DNA of 64,000 nt. Source: a virus. This document shows, piece by piece, positions 26,159-35,163 of this stretch (position 1 is its first letter; the number at the start of each line of letters is the position of its first letter). The stretch is taken from IMG/VR virus record IMGVR_UViG_3300045988_147571. The stretch is one strand, 5' to 3'. The notes beneath the pieces are model-generated. The model did no database searches. It saw nothing but the letters and a program-made list of their open reading frames with translations, and had not been told where the DNA came from. Both the position numbers and the translations under genes were made by a program.

Positions 26159-27149
26159 GAACAATCTCTGTCCTTGTAAAACTGGGTGAACTCGTACATG
26201 CGAGGTGTTTGGCATCAGCCAAGCTAACGGGGGACACTTATGAGTTTTGGTTGGCTTTTAAGCAATCCCGTGCTAAAAGTTATGGAATCTTTCTATATGG
26301 GAAGGAGAACCGAAATGAATGAATTAGTAAATACCACAGAACAGACACCAATAGAGATAGCTCTTGGTGTAGATGCAGATGGAATGACAACTGCTAAACA
26401 ACTTTATAAGTTTTTAGAATTAAATTCTACGAACTATAAACGCTGGACTACAAAGAATATAGTACAAAATCCTTACGGAGAAGAAAATGTTGATTATTTC
26501 CCATTCGTCCTTCATGACGAATGCGGTGGACAAGCTACTACTGATTACAAAATCACAGCAAACTTTGCTAAAAAGCTTTCCATGATGACTTCTTCTCCAA
26601 AAGGAGAAATTGCCAGAGAATATTTTCTTTCCTGTGAAAAAGTCATAAAAGAAAATATTGCTGCGCTAAAGAAGGAAAATCAGAAATTAAAACTGCTCAC
26701 TGTCAGTAAATCCCAGAAATTCTCTGCAATGTATCCTAAATTTGACTTACTGACAAAATCGCTACATATATCTATGAAAGAACTGTACAAGAAAATCTTC
26801 GACACAATGCAGTCTGAGCGTGGCATCGACTTAACAAGCAAGACACTTCAATACTGCTATGAGCATAATCTTTCAAACTGCTACACAATGACAGTTATAC
26901 AGGAAGATCCGCAGCTCTTCATATGTATGTACGAAATAGTTGATGATATGATTGCAAACTTAAAGTGATTTTTTACAAAGGGTTCCATAGCTTATGTGTA
27001 ACGACTATCGAAAGCATAGCTTAAGAGAAAGACTTAAGTGAAGAAGCAAGTAGAGTACTTTATAAGTGTAACTCTTATAGAGGAAGCGCCCAGTAGTATT
27101 ACTTTGGTAATAGAGGTATTACTAATGAGATAGTCTAGTATATAAATTG
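26159..27149 (+). mobile_element. Group I intron in the RNAP gene
   Basis: P1 pairs exon CAAGGAU with 26170..26176 GUCCUUG, with a U-G at the splice site. P10 pairs exon-2 GGAGAU with 26164..26169 AUCUCU. ACGGG/CCCGU with CAAUCCCGUGCUAAA sits at 26263. P7 is GACUA 27004 / UAGUC 27131. The terminal G is at 27149. Confidence 0.8.
26315..26968 (+). CDS. Intron-encoded AntA-like DNA-binding protein (no recognisable nuclease motif)
   Basis: The likely start is ATG 26315, after GGAAGGAGAA. TTAKQLYKFLELNSTNYKRWTTKNIV...ENVDYF...KGEIAREYFLSCEK resembles the AntA/AntB antirepressor N-domain. Confidence 0.5.
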   Translation: MNELVNTTEQTPIEIALGVDADGMTTAKQLYKFLELNSTNYKRWTTKNIVQNPYGEENVDYFPFVLHDECGGQATTDYKITANFAKKLSMMTSSPKGEIAREYFLSCEKVIKENIAALKKENQKLKLLTVSKSQKFSAMYPKFDLLTKSLHISMKELYKKIFDTMQSERGIDLTSKTLQYCYEHNLSNCYTMTVIQEDPQLFICMYEIVDDMIANLK

Positions 27150-28235
27150 GGAGATTTATATTTTACAACCAACAATGAAATACTTTTGAAACATACAGAA
27201 AACTTACCACCAATCTACTGCATTCAGCGCAAAGGAAATAAGGTTGTCCCAACTGAAGCAGATATGATACAAGCTAACAAAGGATCTTTCGGTGATGCCA
27301 TTGGTTCTATTACTAATGTTATTACTTCACAGATATGTCTACAGGCAAGGTTCCCAAAAGACAGTGAGGAATATAAGGTCTTAGACTATAGGATACTGTG
27401 TGGACAAATGTTCCAGCAGAATGCTATTGATCGTGCTAAGGGAATTATTGCCAAACCTATGCCTAAGCACTGGTATGATAACAATTATAATCGCATAGAA
27501 GAATCAGATACACCGGAAGAAATAGCTAAAAAAGAATTCAATCAAAGGATCTGTGCAGATAAGAAGCCATACTTCTTCATCTATAACTACCCTACTCTCA
27601 TGAAGGAATACAAAGACTACATCAAAACTTCAGATGCCGTGAGTAGGTCCAGATTTAATATTCCTCTGGAAACATTGTTAGCTGCTGAAGAATTAACTGA
27701 AGAACAGGCAGAGTTTCTCAAATTCTATAAAGAGTTCTACCCAGTCAATGCAGAAACCTGTGTAGTTAATGAACTCTGTTGGGAAATTGAAAAGCAGCTT
27801 GCAGACGTAAAAGAAAGTAAGGTACCGTTTGACAGCTCTATTCTGAAGTCGGATGCCTCTTATACTGAAAATGAAAAGATGTTCATAGGATATATTTATG
27901 ACAAGTATAACAAAACCTATGCAAACAGAATGAGCCGCCACAGCTCTGTATATGAAGATACTTCTTTAACACCCATTGGGATGACTTTTGAATCAGAGTG
28001 TGCTGAATATGTGCCAAATGCAGAAAAGCTTTGCAACATTCTGGTTGACTTAGGATATAACACAAAAAAGGGTAAGACTTTCGTCTGGGAAATGTCCGGG
28101 GATACCATTATTGATAATCTTCTCTCTCGAACAGATGGTTATGCTCAGTTTCCTGTAAAGGATCCAGACGGTGATATAGAGTTTTGCGGTGAACACTTCT
28201 CAATGAAAAAAGTAAAAATGAAAGGCGAAGAATAA
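27150..28235 (+). CDS. YonO/RdRP-like RNA polymerase, exon 2
   Basis: Begins GDLYFTTNNEIL in frame with exon 1. The TTG start in the ORF track is an artefact of the intron. Confidence 0.6.
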   Translation, partial: GDLYFTTNNEILLKHTENLPPIYCIQRKGNKVVPTEADMIQANKGSFGDAIGSITNVITSQICLQARFPKDSEEYKVLDYRILCGQMFQQNAIDRAKGIIAKPMPKHWYDNNYNRIEESDTPEEIAKKEFNQRICADKKPYFFIYNYPTLMKEYKDYIKTSDAVSRSRFNIPLETLLAAEELTEEQAEFLKFYKEFYPVNAETCVVNELCWEIEKQLADVKESKVPFDSSILKSDASYTENEKMFIGYIYDKYNKTYANRMSRHSSVYEDTSLTPIGMTFESECAEYVPNAEKLCNILVDLGYNTKKGKTFVWEMSGDTIIDNLLSRTDGYAQFPVKDPDGDIEFCGEHFSMKKVKMKGEE

Positions 28236-29098
28236 TGGATTTAATACTCAATGAAAAACAATATGTAGAAAAAATGTTAGAACTTGGTGATTGCAGCCCT
28301 AAAGATTTAGGAGCAAACATAGCTCTTCTAACCAGATATATGTATCAGGAAAAATATACTCAGAAAGAAATTTATAATGGTATAGAAGAATTTGCTTCAA
28401 AAGTAGATTCTGATTTTGATATCAATAACTGGTACTCATTCATAGACAAATGTATCAGTAAAGCTAAGAAGAGAGATCTGTTGAACATTGACTATATACC
28501 TATTACGCAGAAAGAATTAGATACTATCAAGGAAATCAAGAATCCTGCCAGGGAAAGACTTGCATTCACTCTTTTAGTCATTGCCAAGTTTAATAATCTA
28601 AAATCAGAAACCAACAATAACTGGATCAATTATTCTATGGACGTATATTTCAACCTTGCCAGAGTAACTTGTAAAGTAGATGATCGTCCGTACATGATTT
28701 ATGACTTAAAGGAATTGGGGTTAGTTGAAGTGAGTAAAAAAATAACTCGCTTCAATATAAGAATCACATTTGTTGATAATGAGTCTGATCCGGTACTTAA
28801 AATTACAGATATGCGTGAATTGGGCTATCAATATCAGAACTTGGGTCCGAAGTCTAAAATAAAATTGTGTAAGCGCTGCGGGAAGCCTTATAAAGTAAAG
28901 AATTCCAAAGCAAGAAGTGCTTTCTGTTCCGACTGTCAGAGCCAAGTAGAATCAAAACCAAAAGTCATCAAATGTGAATGTTGCGGGAAAGATTTTTTAA
29001 CTTCTCCTTATAACACTCGTGCAACATTGTGTATACAGTGTCATACACTTCAAAGGAATGAATTAAATAAACTTGCCATGCGTAAAAGACGACAGTAA
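28235..29098 (+). CDS. Hypothetical protein with C-terminal double zinc ribbon
   Basis: ORF track. CKRCGK...CSDC and CECCGK...CIQC. Confidence 0.65.
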   Translation: MDLILNEKQYVEKMLELGDCSPKDLGANIALLTRYMYQEKYTQKEIYNGIEEFASKVDSDFDINNWYSFIDKCISKAKKRDLLNIDYIPITQKELDTIKEIKNPARERLAFTLLVIAKFNNLKSETNNNWINYSMDVYFNLARVTCKVDDRPYMIYDLKELGLVEVSKKITRFNIRITFVDNESDPVLKITDMRELGYQYQNLGPKSKIKLCKRCGKPYKVKNSKARSAFCSDCQSQVESKPKVIKCECCGKDFLTSPYNTRATLCIQCHTLQRNELNKLAMRKRRQ

Positions 29099-29258
29099 AA
29101 GACCAACGGTGGGTAGTAGAGGGTTCTTTGTAGGTGTTTGAGGGCGTTTTAGGGGATTTGTGTACAGACCCTCAAAAGTTCAGTCTTCGCAAATGCGCTC
29201 TACAGGCGCGTTTGCGAGATTTCGTTGATTGAGTATATATGAAAGGGAAGATATAAGG

Positions 29259-29489
29259 ATGAAAAACAATAATAGACTTTATTTTGCCAGACAGAAATTT
29301 TTAGGAAAATGTCCTGTCTGTGGGAAAACATTGAAAAAAGTAGATGGAGTAAATATCCTCCGCTGTAACAACGCAGCCTGTGCCGGAGTGACTGTGAGAA
29401 GAAATGGGGAGTCTTCTCAGGAACCTTACTACAGGATGCTGAATGACAGGGGTATGGAAATCTACGAACATCTATTTAATAAAAAATAA
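29259..29489 (+). CDS. Small zinc-ribbon protein
   Basis: Track ORF from 29229; ATG 29259 has the better SD. CPVCGK...CNNAAC. Confidence 0.55.
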   Translation: MKNNNRLYFARQKFLGKCPVCGKTLKKVDGVNILRCNNAACAGVTVRRNGESSQEPYYRMLNDRGMEIYEHLFNKK

Positions 29490-29502
29490 ATTATAGAAAG
29501 AG

Positions 29503-29682
29503 TTGATTATTATTAAACCGATTTCTAAGAAAGAAATTGAAAAACTAATGGACAAAGGTATCATTAGAAACACACACAAAGGCTACATTAACAAAAAAGG
29601 ATATCATGTAGGATATTACAAGACCTCAGGCAATAACAGATATATTGAGGACTATTATGCTGATAAAGCAAAATCACTGTAA
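29503..29682 (+). CDS. Unlisted 59-aa ORF (TTG start)
   Basis: IIIKPISKKEIEKLMDKGIIRNTHKGY...YIEDYYADKAKSL. One residue below the track cut-off. Confidence 0.35.
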   Translation: MIIIKPISKKEIEKLMDKGIIRNTHKGYINKKGYHVGYYKTSGNNRYIEDYYADKAKSL

Positions 29683-29696
29683 AGGAGTGCCTAACT

Positions 29697-30908
29697 ATTA
29701 CTAAATTTTATGATACGAATGCTCTCCTGAATCTTCAGGAAGAGGCATTCAAAGAAAGATTCTTTATCTCTGATGAAACTCTTAGAGAAATCGAAAATAT
29801 CAAAACATCCTCTCGGAAAGATGAGGATATCAAATACAAAGCTAGACATATAGCTCGTCTTTTAGATCAGAATCATGATCAGTATTCCGTAATAAATTAT
29901 AATTTTGAAATGGAAAAACAGCTGTTAAATTTCGAATTGGATCCAGTTAGACCAGACAATAGAATTGTTTTTAGTGCTTATACTCTATCCAAATCTCAAG
30001 ACATTGTATTCATTTCAGATGATTTGTGCTGCAAAAATATTGCAAGGAAAGTCTTTAACCTGCCAGTGTATGGAATCGTAGAGCCTACTAACGAGATATA
30101 TAAAGGATATAAAGTAATTAAAGGTGATACTAATGCTATCAATCAGGCTATGGCTGAACTAGATTATTCAACTTGGCATATCAATGAATATCTCATTATT
30201 GAAAATACCGATGACGGCACTACTAAAGAAATGCGCTATGACGGTCAGGGGTTTGTGGCATTAAAACTGCCATCTTCCAAATTTATTAAAGCAAAAAACT
30301 CTTTACAACGTTGTGCATTAGATATTTTGAATAACCCAGATATCACTATTGCGGCTATTCTCGGTGGTTACGGCAGCGGAAAAACTTATCTTTCTATGCA
30401 AATGGCATTATACAATGTAAAGGAGAAAGGCAGAAATAGTAAAATCTTAGGTGTACGAGAAGTTTCTGGCGAAGGTAAAGAGATCGGTTTTCTGCCAGGA
30501 GATATGGAAGATAAAGTCGGAAGATTCTTTGAACCACTCTCTCAGTCTCTTAATGGTGGAGAATTTGAATTACAGAGCTTAAAAGTGTCTGGTGTGTTAG
30601 ATACTAATGTACCGTTCTTTATGAAAGGTACTACTTATAATGACACTGTTATCCTCTGTGATGAAGCAGAAGATTTATCAGAAAGTCAAATTAAACTTAT
30701 TGGTACACGACTCGGAGAGAACAGTAAAATTTATCTTGCAGGTGATTATAAACAATCCCTGTTAAGTAAAACGATTAATAATCCTCTCATTAAAATGTGC
30801 AATGAGTTTAAAGGGAATGAAAAATTTGGATGTATCTATCTTGGAGAAGATGTGCGATCAGAAACCAGTAAACTCTTCGCTGATCTTTTCGAAAAGGATC
30901 ACTTCTAA
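29697..30908 (+). CDS. phoH: PIN-PhoH ATPase (YlaK-like)
   Basis: Walker A GGYGSGKT, Walker B ILCDEAED and LAGDYKQ. A PIN-like region ITKFYDTNALLNL...ISDDLCCKN lies in frame upstream of the track ATG 29910. The only SD-spaced start is ATT 29697. Confidence 0.65.
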   Translation: MTKFYDTNALLNLQEEAFKERFFISDETLREIENIKTSSRKDEDIKYKARHIARLLDQNHDQYSVINYNFEMEKQLLNFELDPVRPDNRIVFSAYTLSKSQDIVFISDDLCCKNIARKVFNLPVYGIVEPTNEIYKGYKVIKGDTNAINQAMAELDYSTWHINEYLIIENTDDGTTKEMRYDGQGFVALKLPSSKFIKAKNSLQRCALDILNNPDITIAAILGGYGSGKTYLSMQMALYNVKEKGRNSKILGVREVSGEGKEIGFLPGDMEDKVGRFFEPLSQSLNGGEFELQSLKVSGVLDTNVPFFMKGTTYNDTVILCDEAEDLSESQIKLIGTRLGENSKIYLAGDYKQSLLSKTINNPLIKMCNEFKGNEKFGCIYLGEDVRSETSKLFADLFEKDHF

Positions 30909-30935
30909 AAATATAAGGATTACAAGGAGAAACAT

Positions 30936-31553
30936 ATGGAAGAATTATTTGATTTTCCAATTATGAAAAGTGGAGTAGATGAATTAGTTGCTGACATCAT
31001 CAAAAGTAACTATGACAATCGTAGATTAATTATCAATGATAAAATCAATAATAATCTGTTAGAGTCCATCTGTTTATATATTTTGAAATATAATCAGGAA
31101 GATAAAGATGTTCCTGAAGATAAAAGAAAGCCTATTTGGATTATTTTAAATTCAGTAGGTGGAGTCGTAAACTTCGGAATGGGACTCATTGATTGTATTA
31201 AACATAGTATCACACCTGTTTATTGCTTAATAATTGGAATGGCTGCAAGTATGGCAAGTTATATTCCAATGGTCTGTGATAAATCATATATCTTTCCTAA
31301 TAGTACAATTTGTATTCATGACGGACAAACCGGTATTATGCAGACTTCCAGAAAAGCAAATGACATCATGAATTTTTATAATAAATGTGATGAACGATTA
31401 GCTGAACTTGTATATGCCAATACCTCTATTACCAAAGATTTTTTAGACGGTATTGCTGATCGAGAATATTATATGTTCCCAGAAGAAGCTAAAGAATTGG
31501 GAATTGTTGATACTATTGTTGGTGTCGATTGCCCTATTGATGAAATATTATGA
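30936..31553 (+). CDS. ClpP-family serine protease
   Basis: ILNSVGGVVNFGMGLID, GMAASMAS and ICIHDG match the ClpP Ser and His blocks. Confidence 0.65.
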   Translation: MEELFDFPIMKSGVDELVADIIKSNYDNRRLIINDKINNNLLESICLYILKYNQEDKDVPEDKRKPIWIILNSVGGVVNFGMGLIDCIKHSITPVYCLIIGMAASMASYIPMVCDKSYIFPNSTICIHDGQTGIMQTSRKANDIMNFYNKCDERLAELVYANTSITKDFLDGIADREYYMFPEEAKELGIVDTIVGVDCPIDEIL

Positions 31554-31894
31554 AATATTCCAAAAAAGAATTGATTGCTAAGGTTTCAGAAAAAACAGGC
31601 TATCAAGAAGAAAATATAGCTGAAATATATGAAGCTTTAGAAGAAACTGTGTATGATTTACTCCTGTCAGCAAATGAACATAAGGATGTAGAAATTCGAC
31701 TGTTCACAGGATTTGGTATGTTTAGTAAATTAGTACCAAGTCATGAGAAAAAGATGCCTGACGGAGAAATTAAATCAATAGAACCCACTTTAAAATTCTC
31801 TGCACGTTATAGTGCTCGTTGGAGAAAAGATAATATCAAAGTGTACAGAGAAGCTTTAAAACTATGGGAAAGAGTGAAAGGAAGAAAAGGATGA
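31550..31894 (+). CDS. Divergent HU/IHF-like DNA-binding protein
   Basis: KKELIAKVSEKTGYQEENIAEIYEALEETV...FTGFGMF shows the HU pattern. Confidence 0.55.
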   Translation: MKYSKKELIAKVSEKTGYQEENIAEIYEALEETVYDLLLSANEHKDVEIRLFTGFGMFSKLVPSHEKKMPDGEIKSIEPTLKFSARYSARWRKDNIKVYREALKLWERVKGRKG

Positions 31895-32082
31895 ATGGCG
31901 TAGAAATTAAAACAACAACTACTACTCAGATGAAGATCAAAAAAGCTACCATTGATGAACAGGGGGCTGTTTATGTAGATGGCGAGGTAGTTGATCTTAT
32001 CAATGCATTAAAAAATACGTTTGAAGGATGTATTTTTGATTTGGCAGTCACAGAAAAAACAGAGGTTCCTGTTGAGGAATGA
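31891..32082 (+). CDS. Hypothetical small protein
   Basis: Track ORF from 31864; ATG 31891 follows GGAAGAAAAGG. Confidence 0.5.
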   Translation: MNGVEIKTTTTTQMKIKKATIDEQGAVYVDGEVVDLINALKNTFEGCIFDLAVTEKTEVPVEE

Positions 32083-32088
32083 TGACAG

Positions 32089-32862
32089 GTGCCCTGTGGT
32101 ATATATTGCATTGAAAATAAAATAAATCATAAAAAGTATGTTGGTCAATCTATTGATATAAAATCAAGATGGACTCAGCATAGACATACAAGTTCTTTAG
32201 TAAGAGATACATTTCTTTATAGGGCAATGGACAAATATGGTGTTGAAAACTTCGATTTTTATATACTCGAAGAATGTCATCCTAATGAACTGGATGATAA
32301 AGAGATTTATTGGATAGCCACCTTAGATACATATAATCATGGGTATAATATGACTCTTGGTGGGTCAGGCTTAGCAGGTTATAAAGCCTACAATAGAAAC
32401 TGCATTCCTAAGAATTTTGGGATGCTTTCCAACAATGTAGATGAAACTGTACCTATTATAAAGTTAGATACTAATTATGAAGTATTAGAGTATTATGTAA
32501 GTGTTCAAGACTGTGCTAGAGCTAATAATATAGCTTCTACAAACATTTCTAAAACTGCATCAGGGAAAAATGGTACATGTCATGGTTATATATTTATGTA
32601 TTTCAATGACATAAAAGATATGACTACTGATGAAATTATAAATTATAGAAAAAATCAAAGAAGTTCTTATAAAAAATCAATTTTAAAATCTGTAAATCTA
32701 GTCTCCTCTTCCGGAGAAATTATCAATAATTATGAAAGTATTGCACAGGCAGCTAAAGAACTATGTTTAGATGCATCTTCTATTAGTAAGGTGTGTAAAG
32801 GAAAACTAAAACAAACTAACGGCTATAAATTTAGATATGCCGTAGTAAATAATAAAGAATAA
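32089..32862 (+). mobile_element. Free-standing GIY-YIG homing endonuclease
   Basis: CGIYCIENKINHKKYVGQSIDIKSRWTQHR...YWI...GYN, plus C-terminal SISK..GK....GY.FRY DNA-binding repeats. No ribozyme signatures flank it. Confidence 0.8.
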
Positions 32863-32879
32863 AAGGAGAAATAATTATT

Positions 32880-33152
32880 ATGACAAAAGCAGAAGTTATT
32901 ACAAAAGTAGCAGAAACAACAGGAATCACAAAGAAAGATACTGGAGCAATGGTTGACGCATTCCTTCAGACTATCACTAACGAACTGGCAAGCGGAGGAA
33001 AAGTAGCATTCTCAGGATTTGGTTCTTTCTCAGTTGTTGAAAGAGCAGCTAGAGAGTGTCGTAATCCACAGACAGGAGAAACTATGATGACAGAAGCTCG
33101 CCTCGCACCTAAATTTAAGGCTGGTAAAGCACTCAAAGATGCAGTGAAATAA
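32880..33152 (+). CDS. hup: HU DNA-binding protein
   Basis: MTKAEVITKVAETTGITKKDTGAMVDAF...FSGFGSFSVVERAARECRNPQTGE is canonical HU. Confidence 0.85.
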   Translation: MTKAEVITKVAETTGITKKDTGAMVDAFLQTITNELASGGKVAFSGFGSFSVVERAARECRNPQTGETMMTEARLAPKFKAGKALKDAVK

Positions 33153-33201
33153 GCAAATAGATATTAAATTACTGACCTGGTGAATTCCAGGTTGGCGATT
33201 T

Positions 33202-33273
33202 GTCCGGTTAGTCTAGTGGTTAAGACACTGCGCTTTCAATGCAGTAACATGGGTTCGATTCCCGTACCGGATG
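33202..33273 (+). tRNA. tRNA-Glu (UUC)
   Basis: Hand-folded cloverleaf: acceptor GTCCGGT/ACCGGAT, D stem GTCT/AGAC, anticodon loop CTTTCAA, T-loop TTCGATT. Confidence 0.85.
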
Positions 33274-33363
33274 TTTGTATATTTGAGAGTTGTGGGTAAT
33301 CTCAAATGTCATTTTCCGTATAGTTGTTTCTTTGGGGAGAACTGGAACTCCCCCTCCTATTTT

Positions 33364-33446
33364 GCAAAGTAAATTCACTAGGTGTGGAACCGACCTGCTA
33401 AGTCGTGTGATCCGACAGGATTGAGTTTCGATTACTCTGCTTTGCG
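33364..33446 (+). tRNA. tRNA-Ser (GCU), type II
   Basis: Acceptor GCAAAGT/GCTTTGC, anticodon loop CTGCTAA, variable arm ATCC-GACA-GGAT, T-loop TTCGATT. The D and anticodon stems are imperfect. Confidence 0.6.
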
Positions 33447-33525
33447 CTAGATAGTCAGATTGGTTCTGGTTGATAATTAGGAAATGGCTGCTGGGCGGCC
33501 TGACAATCTGGAAAGACAGATTAAT

Positions 33526-33609
33526 GTTGCGTGTCCGGCAGGTCGAGGGTGCAGTCTTGAAAACTGTCTGGGTGTAAAAGCCTCTGGGGTTCGAATCCCT
33601 AACGCAACG
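33526..33609 (+). tRNA. tRNA-Ser (UGA), type II
   Basis: Acceptor GTTGCGT/ACGCAAC, anticodon loop CTTGAAA, long variable arm, T-loop TTCGAAT. Confidence 0.65.
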
Positions 33610-33612
33610 TCT

Positions 33613-33694
33613 GGGAGAACGGTAGAGATGGAGATCTACGGCGGTCTGTAAAACCGTTGCAATTGCTTTGAGTGTTCGAATCACTCTTCTCCCA
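33613..33694 (+). tRNA. tRNA-Tyr (GUA), type II
   Basis: Acceptor GGGAGAA/TTCTCCC, D stem GTAG/CTAC with GG loop, anticodon loop CTGTAAA, T arm GAGTG-TTCGAAT-CACTC. Confidence 0.8.
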
Positions 33695-33835
33695 TGAGGT
33701 TGACAAATTAAATCAAAATTCCATAAAACAAAGTAGATAAGTTTTACTATGAGAAGTGCTTGCACTTAGATTAGGTTTATTAAAGGTTTTGTCTCTGATT
33801 GCAACAGATAATGAGCCTTTTGAGTCTACAAATAA

Positions 33836-33908
33836 AGCAGGTTACGTAGGATCGGCTCCTCGGAGCTTTCATAGGGCTTGTAGATGGGTTCAACTCCCAT
33901 ACCTGCTA
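33836..33908 (+). tRNA. Degenerate tRNA-like element (possible CAU anticodon)
   Basis: Good acceptor AGCAGGT/ACCTGCT, T arm ATGGG-TTCAACT-CCCAT and loop TTCATAG. No canonical D arm could be drawn. Confidence 0.35.
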
Positions 33909-33913
33909 CTATT

Positions 33914-33938
33914 AAGATACTTCGGTATCTTTTTTTAT
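33914..33938 (+). terminator. Rho-independent terminator after the tRNA cluster
   Basis: AAGATAC-TTCG-GTATCTT followed by TTTTTT. Confidence 0.75.
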
Positions 33939-33960
33939 TGGATGAAAAGGAGGTGCTCTA

Positions 33961-35163
33961 GTGGCACAAGAAGTTGAAAAAAAGCCTGTACCAAGAGCTA
34001 AACCTAAAGCACCTGCTCAAAAAGTTATTGATCGTGCTATTGATGAAGCTCTTTATGAAGTAGGGCGTACTAAATTTACATGTAATATGTGTGGAAAGCT
34101 GAAAGATGCTTCCGACTTTTATAAAAGTACAGATCCTCTATGTACTACTGGTGTGACAAGAATATGTAAAATGTGTGCAGCAAAGTTGGCATATTCTGAA
34201 GATTTAAAAGGCAATAAGAAAGCCCCTGATGAACAGAGTGTCCAGTTAGCGCTCAGATATTTAGACAAACCTTTCTTTCAAAAGCTTTATGATGAATCTA
34301 TTCTTGAAGCTGCTAACACTATGTCTGGTAGACCCAAAAATAATACTTGGACTAGTTATATAAAAAATATATCTATGCCACAATATAATACATTAACTTG
34401 GAAAGATGGTGATTGTGGTAATAGTTCTACTCTTCTACCGTCTATTGGGTCTGTAGATAACTCTGATGAAGTAAAAAAAATGTATAAAACCAATAAAAGA
34501 ACTGTTATTTCAGCTCTTGGTTATGATCCATTCGAATCTGCTGCTGATGCAGATAAACCATTAATGTATGGAAAATTAGTAGGTTTCCTTGATGAAAGTA
34601 CGCAAGACGATGAATTGAAGTTAGGTGCCTGTGTAGAGATTGTACATAGTCTTAATCAATCTGAAAAAATCAATACTGTAATTAATGCTCTGCAGAAAAC
34701 TCCAGAATCTATTATAAAAAATTCTGCTACTATTAAAGCTCTTGAAGCTACTAAAAAAGACATTATGAAAACTACTCTTGATTTGGCTCGTGATAATGGA
34801 ATTAGTATTAAGCATAGTAACAGGAATACTAAGGGTGCTCATACTCTTACTGGTAAACTTAAAATGCTTAAGCAGTCTGATCTTAGAAGTAAGGAAATGA
34901 ATCTTTTTGATATTAATACTGCTGAGGGTATGAAACAAGTTGCTGAATTAAGTTTTGAAGCAATTATGAAACAGATTAATCCTGATGAAAATGATTTCGC
35001 AGAAATGGTTCGTACTCAGGCTGAGATGATCAAGGAGCTACAGAATAAGTGTGATGTTGCAGAAGAAGAAGCGAGAGTTTACAGACGAGAAAATAATGAT
35101 TTGAAAGAATTTCTACAAGAGAAAAAGTTAATTAATGAATCCGGGGAGGTTATATATGAATAA
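33961..35163 (+). CDS. Putative terminase small subunit (zinc ribbon plus coiled coil)
   Basis: GTG start after AGGAGG. The call rests on its position immediately upstream of TerL. CNMCGK...CKMC. Confidence 0.4.
   Translation: MAQEVEKKPVPRAKPKAPAQKVIDRAIDEALYEVGRTKFTCNMCGKLKDASDFYKSTDPLCTTGVTRICKMCAAKLAYSEDLKGNKKAPDEQSVQLALRYLDKPFFQKLYDESILEAANTMSGRPKNNTWTSYIKNISMPQYNTLTWKDGDCGNSSTLLPSIGSVDNSDEVKKMYKTNKRTVISALGYDPFESAADADKPLMYGKLVGFLDESTQDDELKLGACVEIVHSLNQSEKINTVINALQKTPESIIKNSATIKALEATKKDIMKTTLDLARDNGISIKHSNRNTKGAHTLTGKLKMLKQSDLRSKEMNLFDINTAEGMKQVAELSFEAIMKQINPDENDFAEMVRTQAEMIKELQNKCDVAEEEARVYRRENNDLKEFLQEKKLINESGEVIYE

Noticed and set aside
32089-32862. Whether the first GIY-YIG gene is intron-encoded
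   Set aside because: There is no P7-type GACUA/UAGUC pair, no guide-sequence pairing and no interrupted flanking ORF. It is treated as a free-standing homing endonuclease between the HU paralogs.
33447-33525. AGATAGTC motif right after tRNA-Ser(GCU), considered as a group I intron inside a tRNA gene
   Set aside because: The flanking tRNAs are complete without it. No P1/P10 pairing or split tRNA halves could be found.
33220-33765. 181-aa minus-strand ORF from the track
   Set aside because: It runs antisense across four well-folding tRNA genes and has no SD, so it is an artefact of stop-poor sequence.
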